Positions 13,201-25,500 of a DNA stretch of 64,000 nt are shown here, in pieces (position 1 is the stretch's first letter; each line of letters opens with the position of its first letter). Where the stretch lies: assembly GCA_907165135.1 (NCBI GenBank), contig OU015567.1, positions 12,152,001 to 12,216,000 on the forward strand. The letters are read 5' to 3'. The DNA comes from Oikopleura dioica. Lineage: Eukaryota; Animalia; Chordata. The translations under genes and the position numbers were made by a program. The notes under the pieces are model-generated. The model ran no database searches, was not told the origin of the DNA, and worked only from the letters and a program-made list of their open reading frames with translations.

Positions 13201-16200
13201 TTCGAAACTTCTTAGAAACACAAAAAACTGTGACTTTAGATGTCGTTAAAAATATTCGCCTTTTACTGAAAAAAGATGGCGCTGTTCGTGCTTTTGGCTT
13301 TCTTATTGGCTGATTGAATCTATCGAATTGACGATGGTTCCCTTAGGTGGTTAGAAGCATGAGAATTTTGGAAATTGGCAGTTCACCGATTAGAAGAACA
13401 GCGATTCAATTTGTATTTTCTATTTTGGGCCGGGCATTGAATATTCGCCACATACGAGGCTGAGAAAATTTGTGCGCATTTAACAAAAAGGGCGAATCTC
13501 TGCCACCCAATTTGCATAAATTTCGCATATTTTCAGAATTGCCAGCTTACTGAGCATCAGTGACAGTATTTCAGCAACTCTTATTAGATTTTACCGAGTC
13601 AAAATTGGACATAGAAGAGATTTGAAAATACAACAAAAAAGAAAGCGCCAAAATCCGCAAAATCAAGGCCTAAAAATTCACCGACTTCCGGCTGAATCTT
13701 GAATTTTATATTTAAGATTCCGGCGACTGTTTCCGGTGCTTTGTGGTAAATACGTGTTCGAATCTTTGTTCCTCGGATTCGGCGCGTTGTTTTTCTGAAA
13801 ACTGATTAATCTAAGCGCTTATTGTCGGTTTCAATATTTGATCTACAACAAAGCGCCTTGTTTTGAACACTGGGCTGTTTCGATTTGCAATAAATTTAAT
13901 TAGACGTGAAAATCTATCTTCGGCTTTGTTTAGAAACAATTTGTAGGAAATGCAAAACAGGAGATTTAACTCGAGAGCCTGAACAAAGAACATGTTGACG
14001 AGAATTAAGCATATTTACGACTGAAATGTCGATTTACGGTTTATTTTATCTGTCACATGAGAATCAAAAGATGCTATTAGTCAGAGAGCCCAGCCGCGGA
14101 ATCTGCTATTCAAATTGAAGTCAGAGATTCGGAGTTAAATTGAGTTGAGTGTCGATTTTAAGCTGTGTTCTTCGAGCTCCTAAATAGGCTTTGAGTTTTT
14201 CTAATCCTGTCAAAGCGAGACAGGGCCTCGACAACATTACAAATTTCGGAAAGCTTTCGGTCGAAATCCCATTTCCACACCTTTTCCATTTTGAAAAAGA
14301 AATCTTTGGTCTACTACGAATTAACCCGGGTTAGAATGATCTCTGTGTGCAGCCCGGCAATCGCAATTCTTGCGGGCGGATTATTCAAGATAACGTTCTA
14401 AATCAATGGAATTTTTCATCATTCAACGTCATTTCATCCCATTCTTCAGACAGGAACAACTCACTTATCACAAGATTACTCAGAAACTTATAAAACGAAT
14501 TTTGAACAGCGAAAATATCGAAATTTTCTTCTCAAAAGAAGGTTACTTGATTGAAGAAGCATTTTGATTGGCTTAGAAATGGTAGAATGGCGCTATTTTT
14601 GACCAACATTTTGATTGGATAAATTTTCTTTCTGGCGACCAATCACAATGCAGAAAATTCTAAACAGCGCCACCACCATTCGAAATGAAGAGCCAATAAG
14701 AGATTTTTGATTCTAATTTTGCAGAAATCAAGCATAGAACGTTTAATTTCTCAAATCGGACAAACTTCCGATAAGCAGAATTATTACCGCTAGACAACGT
14801 CATTATTCATCAAACATCCGAAGCTCCACTAATTGAGTTGTTCATGATGAGCTTATTGCAAGTTCTATTTTCCGCTTCGCCCAGCGTTTTTCCGCGAGCG
14901 AATATTTTTCATTCCAACAGTTGCTGTTTATTTTTTCCACTCCGTCCACATGCTAATTGAGTTTAATGTCAATTTGAATATTGTTGTCAAATAATCGGTT
15001 GCTCATTCAATTAAATCTAATCAAATCAAGGTGGCAAAGTGTATTGTCCGCAGATTTTTTGTAAAGAGAAGCTCAACTTTCTTGAAGAAATAATTGAACT
15101 CTAAAGAGTCGTAGTTTTTCAAACAGAATTAAAAGATGATGTTTGCAAAAAAATAAAGCTGTTCGCCAACGACCTGATCCTTGTCTGATCCTTGCAGATA
15201 ATCTAAAGTCACATGCTCTCCAAGTTCAAATTACGGAAGACCCAATGGTGCTTTTAGGCTGGATTCTTGCCCCGCTCGGTGATTTTGGCGTCTCAAATCG
15301 GCCCGGATTTCCGAGCTTAGCCGGCGAAGCTGAATTTCGACGATGTTCAATGTGCCACGATCAGCTCAACCGGATTAGCGAAATTCGCTCAAGAGGATCA
15401 GACGAGCAACATGACGTTCCAGTTACTGACAATTTAGAAGCGAGTTTAGCCAACATTCGTTGAACGAGATAAATGTGATTATTGAGGATCTACTCGACAG
15501 AAAAATTGGCTAATTTTCTTCGACATACGCTTCAGTGAATAGATACGATCTCTCTTCCCTAAATCAATTCCGATTTACTTGTTTGCCAAGAAGATAAAAT
15601 CTACCACATAACAATAAGCTACTACTCTAAATCTCGATTGTTTTCTTCTCTAACATTTCTTCTATTGCCGGTAGCGGAAGTTCGTTTGAGAATTTTCAAT
15701 TAATCAATATTCATATTCTCAATTCTTTTGTTTTCTGTTGATAAGGAACAGTTTCACCTCTTTTAAATTTTTAACTAATAAAAAAACGAGAATTTTTTTC
15801 AGGAAAAAAACTTCAAAAATGATCAACTTTTTTAGATTCAAAAAATAAAATACGTGAAGTTATTGAAGATAAAAATAGCCTCTTTTGTTGAATTTCGTTA
15901 TCATTCGATCATTTATCGGTAAAATCGTAAAGAGTTATGAGGTGTGTCCCGATTGATGCGAGATGCGAGATTCGAGGAATCTTTAAAACCTGCCCGCGCT
16001 GGTTTGAATCCTTTTTTATTGTTTGTAAAAGAGTCTCAAACGAATACCTCTGAAGAACTGAGTACTGTTATCACTTTTCTCAAAAAAGAATCTCAGAAGA
16101 AGAAAAAAGTGAGTTTGGCTTTTCTCCAGATAGGGGTCAGAGAACTCGTGTCCGTCAGAATCGTGCTTTTTATTACCTCGCTGATTGATTTGATTGGTTT

Positions 16201-16597
16201 TGATAAGCGAGATTAAATAGAGAACTCAGAGCGATTTCTTGATTTTAAGAAGGTCCGTCAATTATAATTTATAAAGTGAGTCAGGGAGGGAAATTTAATC
16301 TTGTAGTTTCTAATGTCTCTTTTTAAAGTTTACCTAATGTCCCCTTGCTATAGATTTTTTGTATTTTGCAATTCTGGCAAGGAAGGTACTGAGATATGAT
16401 CTAATACAGAAATCGGATGGAGGAAGGAAAAGGGAACCTGAGGGAGTATGAAATTGGCGGATTTGGCCCATTCCGGGACAAATCCAAGCCTCCCATTAGC
16501 TGCGCTCAGGAATTTGTTGCGCGTACTGGGGAAGAGCAAAATAAATCCCCGCTTTGCTATAAACAGCACTGAACACGTTCCATTCAGGCCCTGAAAT

Positions 16598-19500
16598 ATG
16601 GCGGGTGGTTTCTTTGAAACGCTTGGCTCTCTGCAAGAGTCGCCGTTTGCAGACTACATGTGGGTCCTGATTCTCGGCTTTATCATTGCCTTTTTCTTGG
16701 CGTTCTCTGTTGGTGCGAATGATGTGGCGAATCCGTTTGGAACTTCTGTTGGATCTGGTGCTTTAACGCTTCTTCAAGGACTTGGTTTGATTTTAACCCA
16801 TTGACGCACGTCGACCAAAAAGTACAAAATGAGTCATTGGAATATTCATTTGCTCCCCCAAGGAATGCAGTGGAAATTTCGAGTCTATGCATATCCGTTG
16901 GCCGATTATCCGGCATAAATATAGACGCTACGGAAATTAAGGGCTCTTGAATTTGTTGAGTTTCGTAGGCTGCGTGGATTCCTTCTAAACAAAACCCCAA
17001 TGACAGTATGCATCGCCGCCACGTTTATGGAGTCACTGGGTGCCTTAACTTTAGGTGCGCTAGTAACAGTAAGAGAAAATGCTTTAATCGTATTCAGGCG
17101 GCGCTGTCTCGGACACTATCCGTAAAAAGATAGTGAACCCCGACCTCTACAACGAAACTATTCCTCAGGAATGGGCAAACAACATTTTTATGCAGAGAGC
17201 TTTAACCATTTACGCAAATTATATAACCGTACTCATCTTATGCTAAGGTTACTAATCAATGACACGAAGGTAGGTTAAGTACACACCCACCTTCTCAAAA
17301 TTTTGTATCATCATAGTAGACAAATAAAAAAATAACGAGGGTCATGAACTAATCATCAACGATTTACAGCTCCCGGTTCGCACAGGTTGAAACCTGTGCA
17401 AAAAATAGTTTTTCTTGCCCCAAAAAAGTTCATGATTGGACAAGCATGCGCGATGTTAGGAGCCGCTTCTTGGCAAATTCTCGCTTCTGTTCTGAAAATG
17501 CCTGTATCTGGAACTCACTCGATCGTCGGAGCTGTTTTAGGAAAGCGTTTAAAATATGAGACAAGTTTCTGAAATGCGGATAATTACAGTTGTGATAAAC
17601 GTGAACAATAAGGTTTCGCCCTTGTTTCGCGCAAAGGGCAAGGCATCTTTTGGACGACAATCTTCAAAATTGTACTTTCGTGGTTCATCTCGCCCATTTT
17701 GGCTGGCATTTCCGCTGTGGTTCTCTATGTTGGTCTCAAATTCCTCATCCTTTCGAGAGGCACGGGTTGTTCAATTCTGTGGCGAGCGGGGGCATTTCAA
17801 GCTGGCTAAAAATTTAAAAATTCGGCTTAATTCTGAACTAAGGGTCTTCCCTCCTTATCTTTGAACAACCAATGTTTCAGAAAATAAGACCGAGAGAGCC
17901 TTAATTCTCTTGCCATTTTTCTACGCTTTCGTGATATTGCTCAATGTGTTTTCGGTTCTGTTCACCGGCAGCAAGAGTATACTTCAAAACACGCTTCCTG
18001 TTTTGACCAAATATTATTCAGTCTATCAATTGGAAGTTCTAAAGACGTGGCACATGCTTCTCATATCGCTCGGCGCCGCGATGGTTGTTTTGATCGTCTT
18101 TTGGATCTTCATAACGCCCAAACAGCGGAAACAGATTCAGAAAATGAGGGAGGGTCCGTAAATCATTAATTGACTGATTGCAAACAGTGCTCGTATTTAG
18201 GAACGATCGAGGCGAAGGAAGGATGCCTGGATAAGCTGGAGAAGAAACTGGGCTGGGATGCAGAGACCAGGAAACAGAAACGATTAGGAAATGGTTTCTA
18301 ATTGAGCATGTAAATACACAATCATGAATTAAGGGAAGTTCCTTTTAGATAACTTTAGGGGTCCTTTTTGGGGTTTTATACTGATCGCCACTCATTGATC
18401 AATTTATATTATGGCTGCGAGACAACGATTTCTGTTCGTGATGAAAGATTACTGGAACATGATTCAAAATTAGAAATGAAAGCTCATGTTTACTAGTAAA
18501 GTTACTGGGGTTTGTAATGCTGAAATTTAGGTTTTAAAACAGCTCACAAATGGTCAAATAAAAAATTAATAATTTACCAATATTTTTTTCGGAAACCTCA
18601 TCACAAGAAAAAGAAGGGTGAGGCCCATTAGGTGTAAATCCCATTAGGTGTAAATACCCATTTAGTGTAATTTTCTAGAAGGTGTAACACACCTAATAGA
18701 TATTTACACCTAATGGGTATTTACACCTAATTGTTCAATATTTTTCAAAATTATTTTGTAAAAAAGGGATCGACACAAGCTGTCACACATTCTCGACGAC
18801 CCCCCAACGAGCATTTTTTTTTGGAAAAATATTTTTTTTTAATTCTTTCTAAATTGCACTCAAGAAACAAAAAACATCTTTTCGAGCAATTTTCGAAGTC
18901 AAAATTTGAAAATCGCGCGCTATCGATGAGTAATCGTGACAAGCTGAAGCGTTTCGTCATTTGCGCTCAATGAATTATCATTTTTCTTTCTTTTTTCAAA
19001 CGAGAAATCTTTCTGCGAAATATGTTTTCTTGCCGACGTTTATTTAGCTGAAGTTTAATCTATTTCCTGCAATTTTTTCTGATAAATTTTTATATTTAAA
19101 ACTAACCCGTAGGACCTTTAATGGTACCTTTTTTGATTACAGATAGATGATCAAATGTATATTCACAAAAGAGAAGAAGAATTGAAGCTTAATGAAAACA
19201 GCCCGGCTGAAAAATGATGAGTCCAGGAGCAGAAGAGAGATGCTACTCCGAATCAAGAGGAAAGTTAATATTCGCAGAAAAAGGAAGACCAGTTCATCAA
19301 ATCGTTGAGAATCTCCCTCGACCGCTGACTCATGAACTTGAGGTAATCTTTTAGAAGGGATTTTTGAAAATAAATTGTAAAATTCTAGCGTCGAACGCGA
19401 AATCCAGGCGGCGCTGATGACCAATTCCTCGAGAGCACGAACGTCTGTCACGAAGAACTTTCCTTCGCGGAAAATGTCGACCTTTTTGGCAAAGTTTTGA

Positions 19501-22500
19501 AGCCGATCCACTCGCTTTCTTGGGACCCGTTCAGCTCGCTTCTGGCGCTGAGTTCGAAGAACGCGACTTTTGTCTAAATCTGGGACTCGGATCGAGAAGA
19601 ACTCGTTCAGCGACAAGTTGGACAAGTTGTGTTGCCTTCGTCGGATTTAGTAACTCGGGAGAGAAACTGGTCGTTTCTGAAAGCGATTCTATCGCCATTT
19701 TTAGGTAAAACTGCGCTCAATTTATGACCAATAAACTGTTCTTTCAGCTGCGTAACCTGGACAAATGAAGGAACCTGGTGCAATTTGGAAGGCCCTGCTT
19801 TGAACGTCTGTTGGTCACATGACGATCAAAAGATCATTTTCGCCATCAAAAACAAGGCAAGTGCTCCGTCCATGTTTACGATTTCTCACCCTCATTTTAG
19901 ATCTTCATCGCGTCTTTCGAAGGAATCATGGGCCCGGACGAAGAAGCTCGCGAAATCGAAGGCTTCGAAGGCGACGTCCTCCAAATGTCCTGGCATAATC
20001 AACGCCTCGCAGTTGCGGTTGAGGGGCTCAGCGATACGCTTTTGTACTCGAAAGTAAATAACTGAATAAATCTCTGTTTCTGATTATGTTTATTTAAGAA
20101 AAAGAAGTACTGGAAAGTAAAATCTTACAGCTGGTTCGCCAAACATCAGGTACCAATCATTAATTCGCCAGTGGATATGCACGCTGCCAAATTTAGTCGT
20201 AAATTTTTGGAGCTCTCCTTGAGTTTTGTTGAATAGTTCTCCAGATTTAGGCACACGATGAAAAATAATCCATACGCCACATTAATGCCGCAGTCCATGT
20301 ATTTTTGTTTTGGGCATTTTTGATATATAGGAGCCCAGTCCTTTTCGTCTTCTTCGAATACTTCAAGAAACACTTAATTAAATTTCCAATTGCGCTTATG
20401 ATACGGTTAATTAATCTAATATTTTTTGAAATTTGCCTTGATAGACATCTCCATAATCTTCGAAATTCAAAGAGTCGTAAATTGTAAATATTTTTTCCTC
20501 TCTATCCGCCTTGACAATTATCCAGTGTCCAACTCGACCAGGGATAAAGACAGGGCAAACAAATCGTTTTATTTCTGATGGATGATAACCAGTACCAGCA
20601 AAATTTTTTCCTTGAAAGACCATTTGTGAGAATTTCGTGTCTTCAAGAATAATATCATTAGTTTGGTGTTGCTGTTGGTAATGTCTCATAATGATGATAA
20701 ACAAGTCCAGAATTTTGTCTTTTGTTTCTGTTCGAAGTTTGTAAAGTGGCAACAGATCTCGGACGCGAACTTCCTCCTTTTCTATTAAATTGACCAGCTG
20801 TCCTTCAGGCCATTTTTGTATATTTTTAGCGATATTTTCTGCTTCAAATGACATCTTGTAGCCATTAAACTTTTCAAACTTGAAAGTTGGAGTTTTGAAC
20901 ATTTTTCTATCAAGCTCGTTTTCGTATTTCATTGCATTTTCAGATTCCTCAAGAAGAATGGAATTGGACGATTCATCGTTGTTTGTTGCTGACTTAACTT
21001 CTGTGTATTCCGCGGCTTCTTCAAGGACATCAATACGACGCTTTTCTTCCTTGATTTCATCTGTTTTCCTCACAAAGGCGCCGCTATGCTCGCCCATTGC
21101 TGGAAGGTTCTCTTCGTTGATTTCATGACCAGGTGAGCCCTTTTTCTTTTTTGCGTTTTCTTCTTTCTTTTCGACCAAATTGAAATTCATTCCAGCGAGA
21201 AAAGTCTCAAACACTGGATTTCTGCGATCCAGGTCACAAAGGAACTTGTCAAGTGCGTCTTTTGAAGAGAGTAATCTTTTTGCCTCGGTCGACGCCCCTT
21301 TTAGATCTTTTGAAGTCGATATTACAAGCTTTTTCAGCTCAGCATGGCTTATTTTTAGAGGCATGGAAGAAGACTGTCGATCCAACTTTCGATAGAATCG
21401 TTGCATAGCGTTAAATTTAACCATCCATGTTGTACCAGTTTTTTGCGTTGTTTTTATTGGCCATTTTCCATCTTCAAGATAGCTCAACTCATCGTTAAAC
21501 GTCGTTTTCTTGCGATTTGTGATCACTTTGCAAAGCTCTTGAACATCAGGCTTAGACTGCAGACCGCGCAAGAGTCGTGCATTTACACTCTCGCTAAATC
21601 TTGGTTCATCGTTGATTTCAAAAGTTAATTGATATTTTAGAAACGAGTCAAGCTGTTGTTGTCGCTGGTCATGAAGCTGATGAGAAGCGCTGCTCAATTC
21701 GAATAAAAATAGAGAGACCGTGGTCGAAATCATGGAGAAAAATTTAGGTAAAAATGATCAAACCAAGCCTGGCGTTATTAGTGCTATCGATTTCCCCAGT
21801 TTTGATCATATTGGATGATTTATCGGCCCATTCACTAGGCTTGAATGTGGCGTCTTCGTTGAAATAGTTCTTGAGGAGGTAGTCGCGATAAGCGATCCAT
21901 CCATTCTTCTTTTTCTTCTTTTCGCCGTCATCAACATCCACCTTTTCTTTCGCGTTTTCGTCATCATCAACATCCACCTCTTTTTTCGCGTTTTCGTCAT
22001 CAACATCCATCGACTCAACAGCATTACCGTCGATTTCAAGATTTTTTTGGCACTCTTCTGTGATGATTTCGATGAAAACAGCCCGAAATTCATCTTGTCC
22101 AACAGGGAAATAAGGCGCAGAATACAGACAATTCCTTATTGATTTTATAAAATGAAATTAACTGACTTTCACAATACTAATCCCCCTTTTAGAAACCCTC
22201 AACGATGATCAATAGATCAGAACAAGAAGCTCAATCAAAAGGAAATGTTGAACATGATCCGTCACGGAGCGAGAAAGATCTTCGCTGGCGAATGCACAGG
22301 AGCTCTCGATGTCAATCTGAACATCGAGGAAGTCCTCAAAGCCGGAGAAAAGAAAAAGCTGAGCAAAACTACAAGTCCTTTATTAAGTCAACCAAGAGCG
22401 CAAACTAGCAACAAAAAAAAAATCAAGTTCATCGATACTATTTGCCAAGGTACGAAAATACGTCAGAATTTGATTTTGTGGACGATTTTTAATTGATTTC

Positions 22501-25500
22501 AAATAATACCCATTCTAAGCGCACAGTTATCAATACACACCTCCAATGAAGACCAAAAGCGCCTGTGTATTCTTCATTTTGAAGCTCAGTCAGAAAAAAT
22601 TCATCTTCCGCAGAAGATTTGCCCGAATGGCAACCGAAACCTCAAGCGAGTCGGAGAGCGGAAACTTATCTACAAATCAGCTGATGCTAAAAGATCAAAG
22701 GTAAAATAGCAAATGTTAGCAATCTCATTTTATAAAACCTTCCTGATGACTTGTGTCCGTTCTTCCTCCCAAGCCTTCAAGAGGCCTTCCTGTCCTGCCC
22801 GGCGTTTCCAGGATTGATACAAGTGGAAGGAACACTTTATATGAATAACGCCGGGCAGGACAGTTTTGTGAGCAGAGATAAAGGATTTCTCCCAGTCACT
22901 GCACACATAGCGAAGATTAGGGAGCCCATTCGTTTGGCTTTTGAAGAATGCCCATAACGCTTCATATGTTTCCGCTTTGTGATCTTTGAGGAGACAAGTC
23001 ATTCGGTCAACGCAATAACCCTTGACAGGTTTTTTAACGCACCGTCGATTTTTGATGATTACCCCGAAAACAAAAGCCCGAATAAGCGACACCAAGCGAC
23101 TTAAATAAAAAAAACCCGACCTTGAATTTGTTCGATTGATCGCGGCAAGGTTCGGTTACCATCACAAGTTGTGGCCACTGTTTTTTGACGGCACTCACGA
23201 CACTCATTATTCCATCTTTTCGAGTTTCATATTTTTTTTCAGATCACGAGCGAACTCACAAACAACCTGTCTCATCTACAATAACAACAACTCAACTGTA
23301 CTCAATAAAGGTAAAAAACTCTTCCTATATTGAGACTTGATGCATATTCACTTCGGCGAGCGTCATGGTCCAAAAAAAACACTATATTGTGGCGCGTGAA
23401 ATCGTTGCTAAGGGAAGGGAGTCGTGAATCCGCCCACCATCGTTGAAACATATATAAGAAGTGGCATTTTGTCGGCACAATTTGTTTTTCCTTGGCAGCG
23501 ACATTTGAGTTTTTAAATCGAAGCGCCGCTTTTTTGGCATTCTTTTTGGCATTTCCACCGAAAATTCGATTTGAAATTTCACTGTCAACGACTTCATCTT
23601 GCAACAATTCAAGCATTTTTCTCGAAGTCCGGGGCTGTGATTCAAGCTCGTTTCGACGGAATCTGTAAACCACATATCTTTTCCAACAATCAATCAGTGC
23701 ATTCAAATGACCACCAAAGCCACAAACTTCAAACGCCACATGAGATTTTCTTGGATCGTAGATTATAAAGTTTTCAACATCGTAAAATTCTTTCGATTTG
23801 TAATCAGAATTTCGTACAAGCACCGATATTTTCGCTTTACAGTTAGATGTTTCCAGATTCTTTCGAACGTGGTGGTTTTGACAGTTGAGATTCATTCTTT
23901 TCCATCCTTTTTAACAGATCTCAAAATGATAATTTTTGATTTCAGCGCACGAAAAAACCGTCACAATTCCAGCATTTTGGCAAGCAACAGTGCCAAAGCG
24001 ATGTCCACAACATGATTTACTCGATTGAGAAGCGTTTTAGGTAAGTTAATGCCCTAAAGATGCATGCCGTATATATTAAAGGGTAAATCATTCTATTTGA
24101 CCTGCTCCTGGATATTTTGCTGCTAGTTCTTTTGGAAGATCTTGAAAATCGTCTTTATTGCGCGGAGTATATGAGAACAATTCATTAGGTCCAAAGCAAA
24201 TAAAGAAAATGAAATTGACCATGCTTGTTGCCAATTGAACTGATATCAACTATTTAGTGCTCTCAAGATTTCAATTTGATGATGAAGAGTTCTCCGCGAA
24301 AGGGTTGCTCATTTCTGACCGAGGCTACTTGGAAGTTTATCCTTACGACAAATTGCAAGGTAATTCAATTATTAATAAAGAGCACTTTTCCTTTGGATCG
24401 GTACTGGTAGAATCATCGATGATTTCTTGAGTTTCAATCATCGTTGGGGGACGTTCAGGCGTAAGCAAGTCTTTGAGCTCAAGTTTAGCTTTTGGCGCTT
24501 TCTTAACCATGTCGCTGACTTCTTTTGTTAATTCCAAATCCTCATTCTTTTCATCATCCTTTTTACGCTTCATTTTTATCTCTAATAATAAGTAGACTCC
24601 TGCAGAAAATCGAGAAGTAAATGTTCAATTTTTATGAAAATATCTGTAGACTTAAGTTCTAGAAGCACTAGAATTCAAATTCATATAGTCAATATAATTG
24701 TATAACAGTGTTTTAAGCAAAACGACAACGCAGCTGCAAATGGATGAAGATCTCAATGAATACGAAAGTACCAGCTCCGAAAGCAGACCTCAACCTCAAA
24801 GATTCGATGGCATATCTTGAGAAATACTACAAGTCCTCCTCAGCAGCTACAGCGATTTCTTTTTTCACAAAGAGCGAGAAACTGACACAGAACTCCCGAC
24901 CACTTCTGCTCACCATGCTTAGTCACAAAGAAAACGACGCGATCGTGATTTAGTGCCTGAAATTGCTCCAATTTGGCTGCGTCACTTCAGAACTACTACG
25001 ACCTTTGTACAGTATTGTGCGCACGTCAAAATGTAAAGATGTCGTTAACGAGTCGATGATTATCCTGTCGCAGCTTAACTCGGAAAAGTCGATTGCAACT
25101 ATTGGCTCGTTAGGATTCATTCATGAGATTTGTCTCTTCATCGAAAAGTACAAATCAGGTACTGTCCTACTTCGTGACGAATTTCCTTCTGTTGTCAATT
25201 ATTTAGAGGGAAGTATTCAAAAACTGTGTAAAGGCATTATGATCGGCTTGTATAAACGAATCAAACGCAGAGCTCGCTTCCAAAGAAAAAGTTCGATGAA
25301 AAAGATTTTGATGGAGCAAGTAAATTCAAGTCCGATGCTTTGGTTCCTGCAGAAGTCGTTTCATTTTATAAAAATAAAGAGGCTTCAAGGACGATATTAT
25401 CAAAGAGCTTCCTTCTTGACCGGTTTTATTGAGAATCTCTTTTATTCGTATTATTTATATTCAGGCAGATCAAGGTTTTTTTTCTTGTTTTTCTTTGTAT

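Noticed and set aside
23136-23333. Plus-strand ORF with LFFDGTH looking like a MULE first-Asp motif
   Set aside because: It is antisense to the transposase; the minus strand has its own DG..QL segment.
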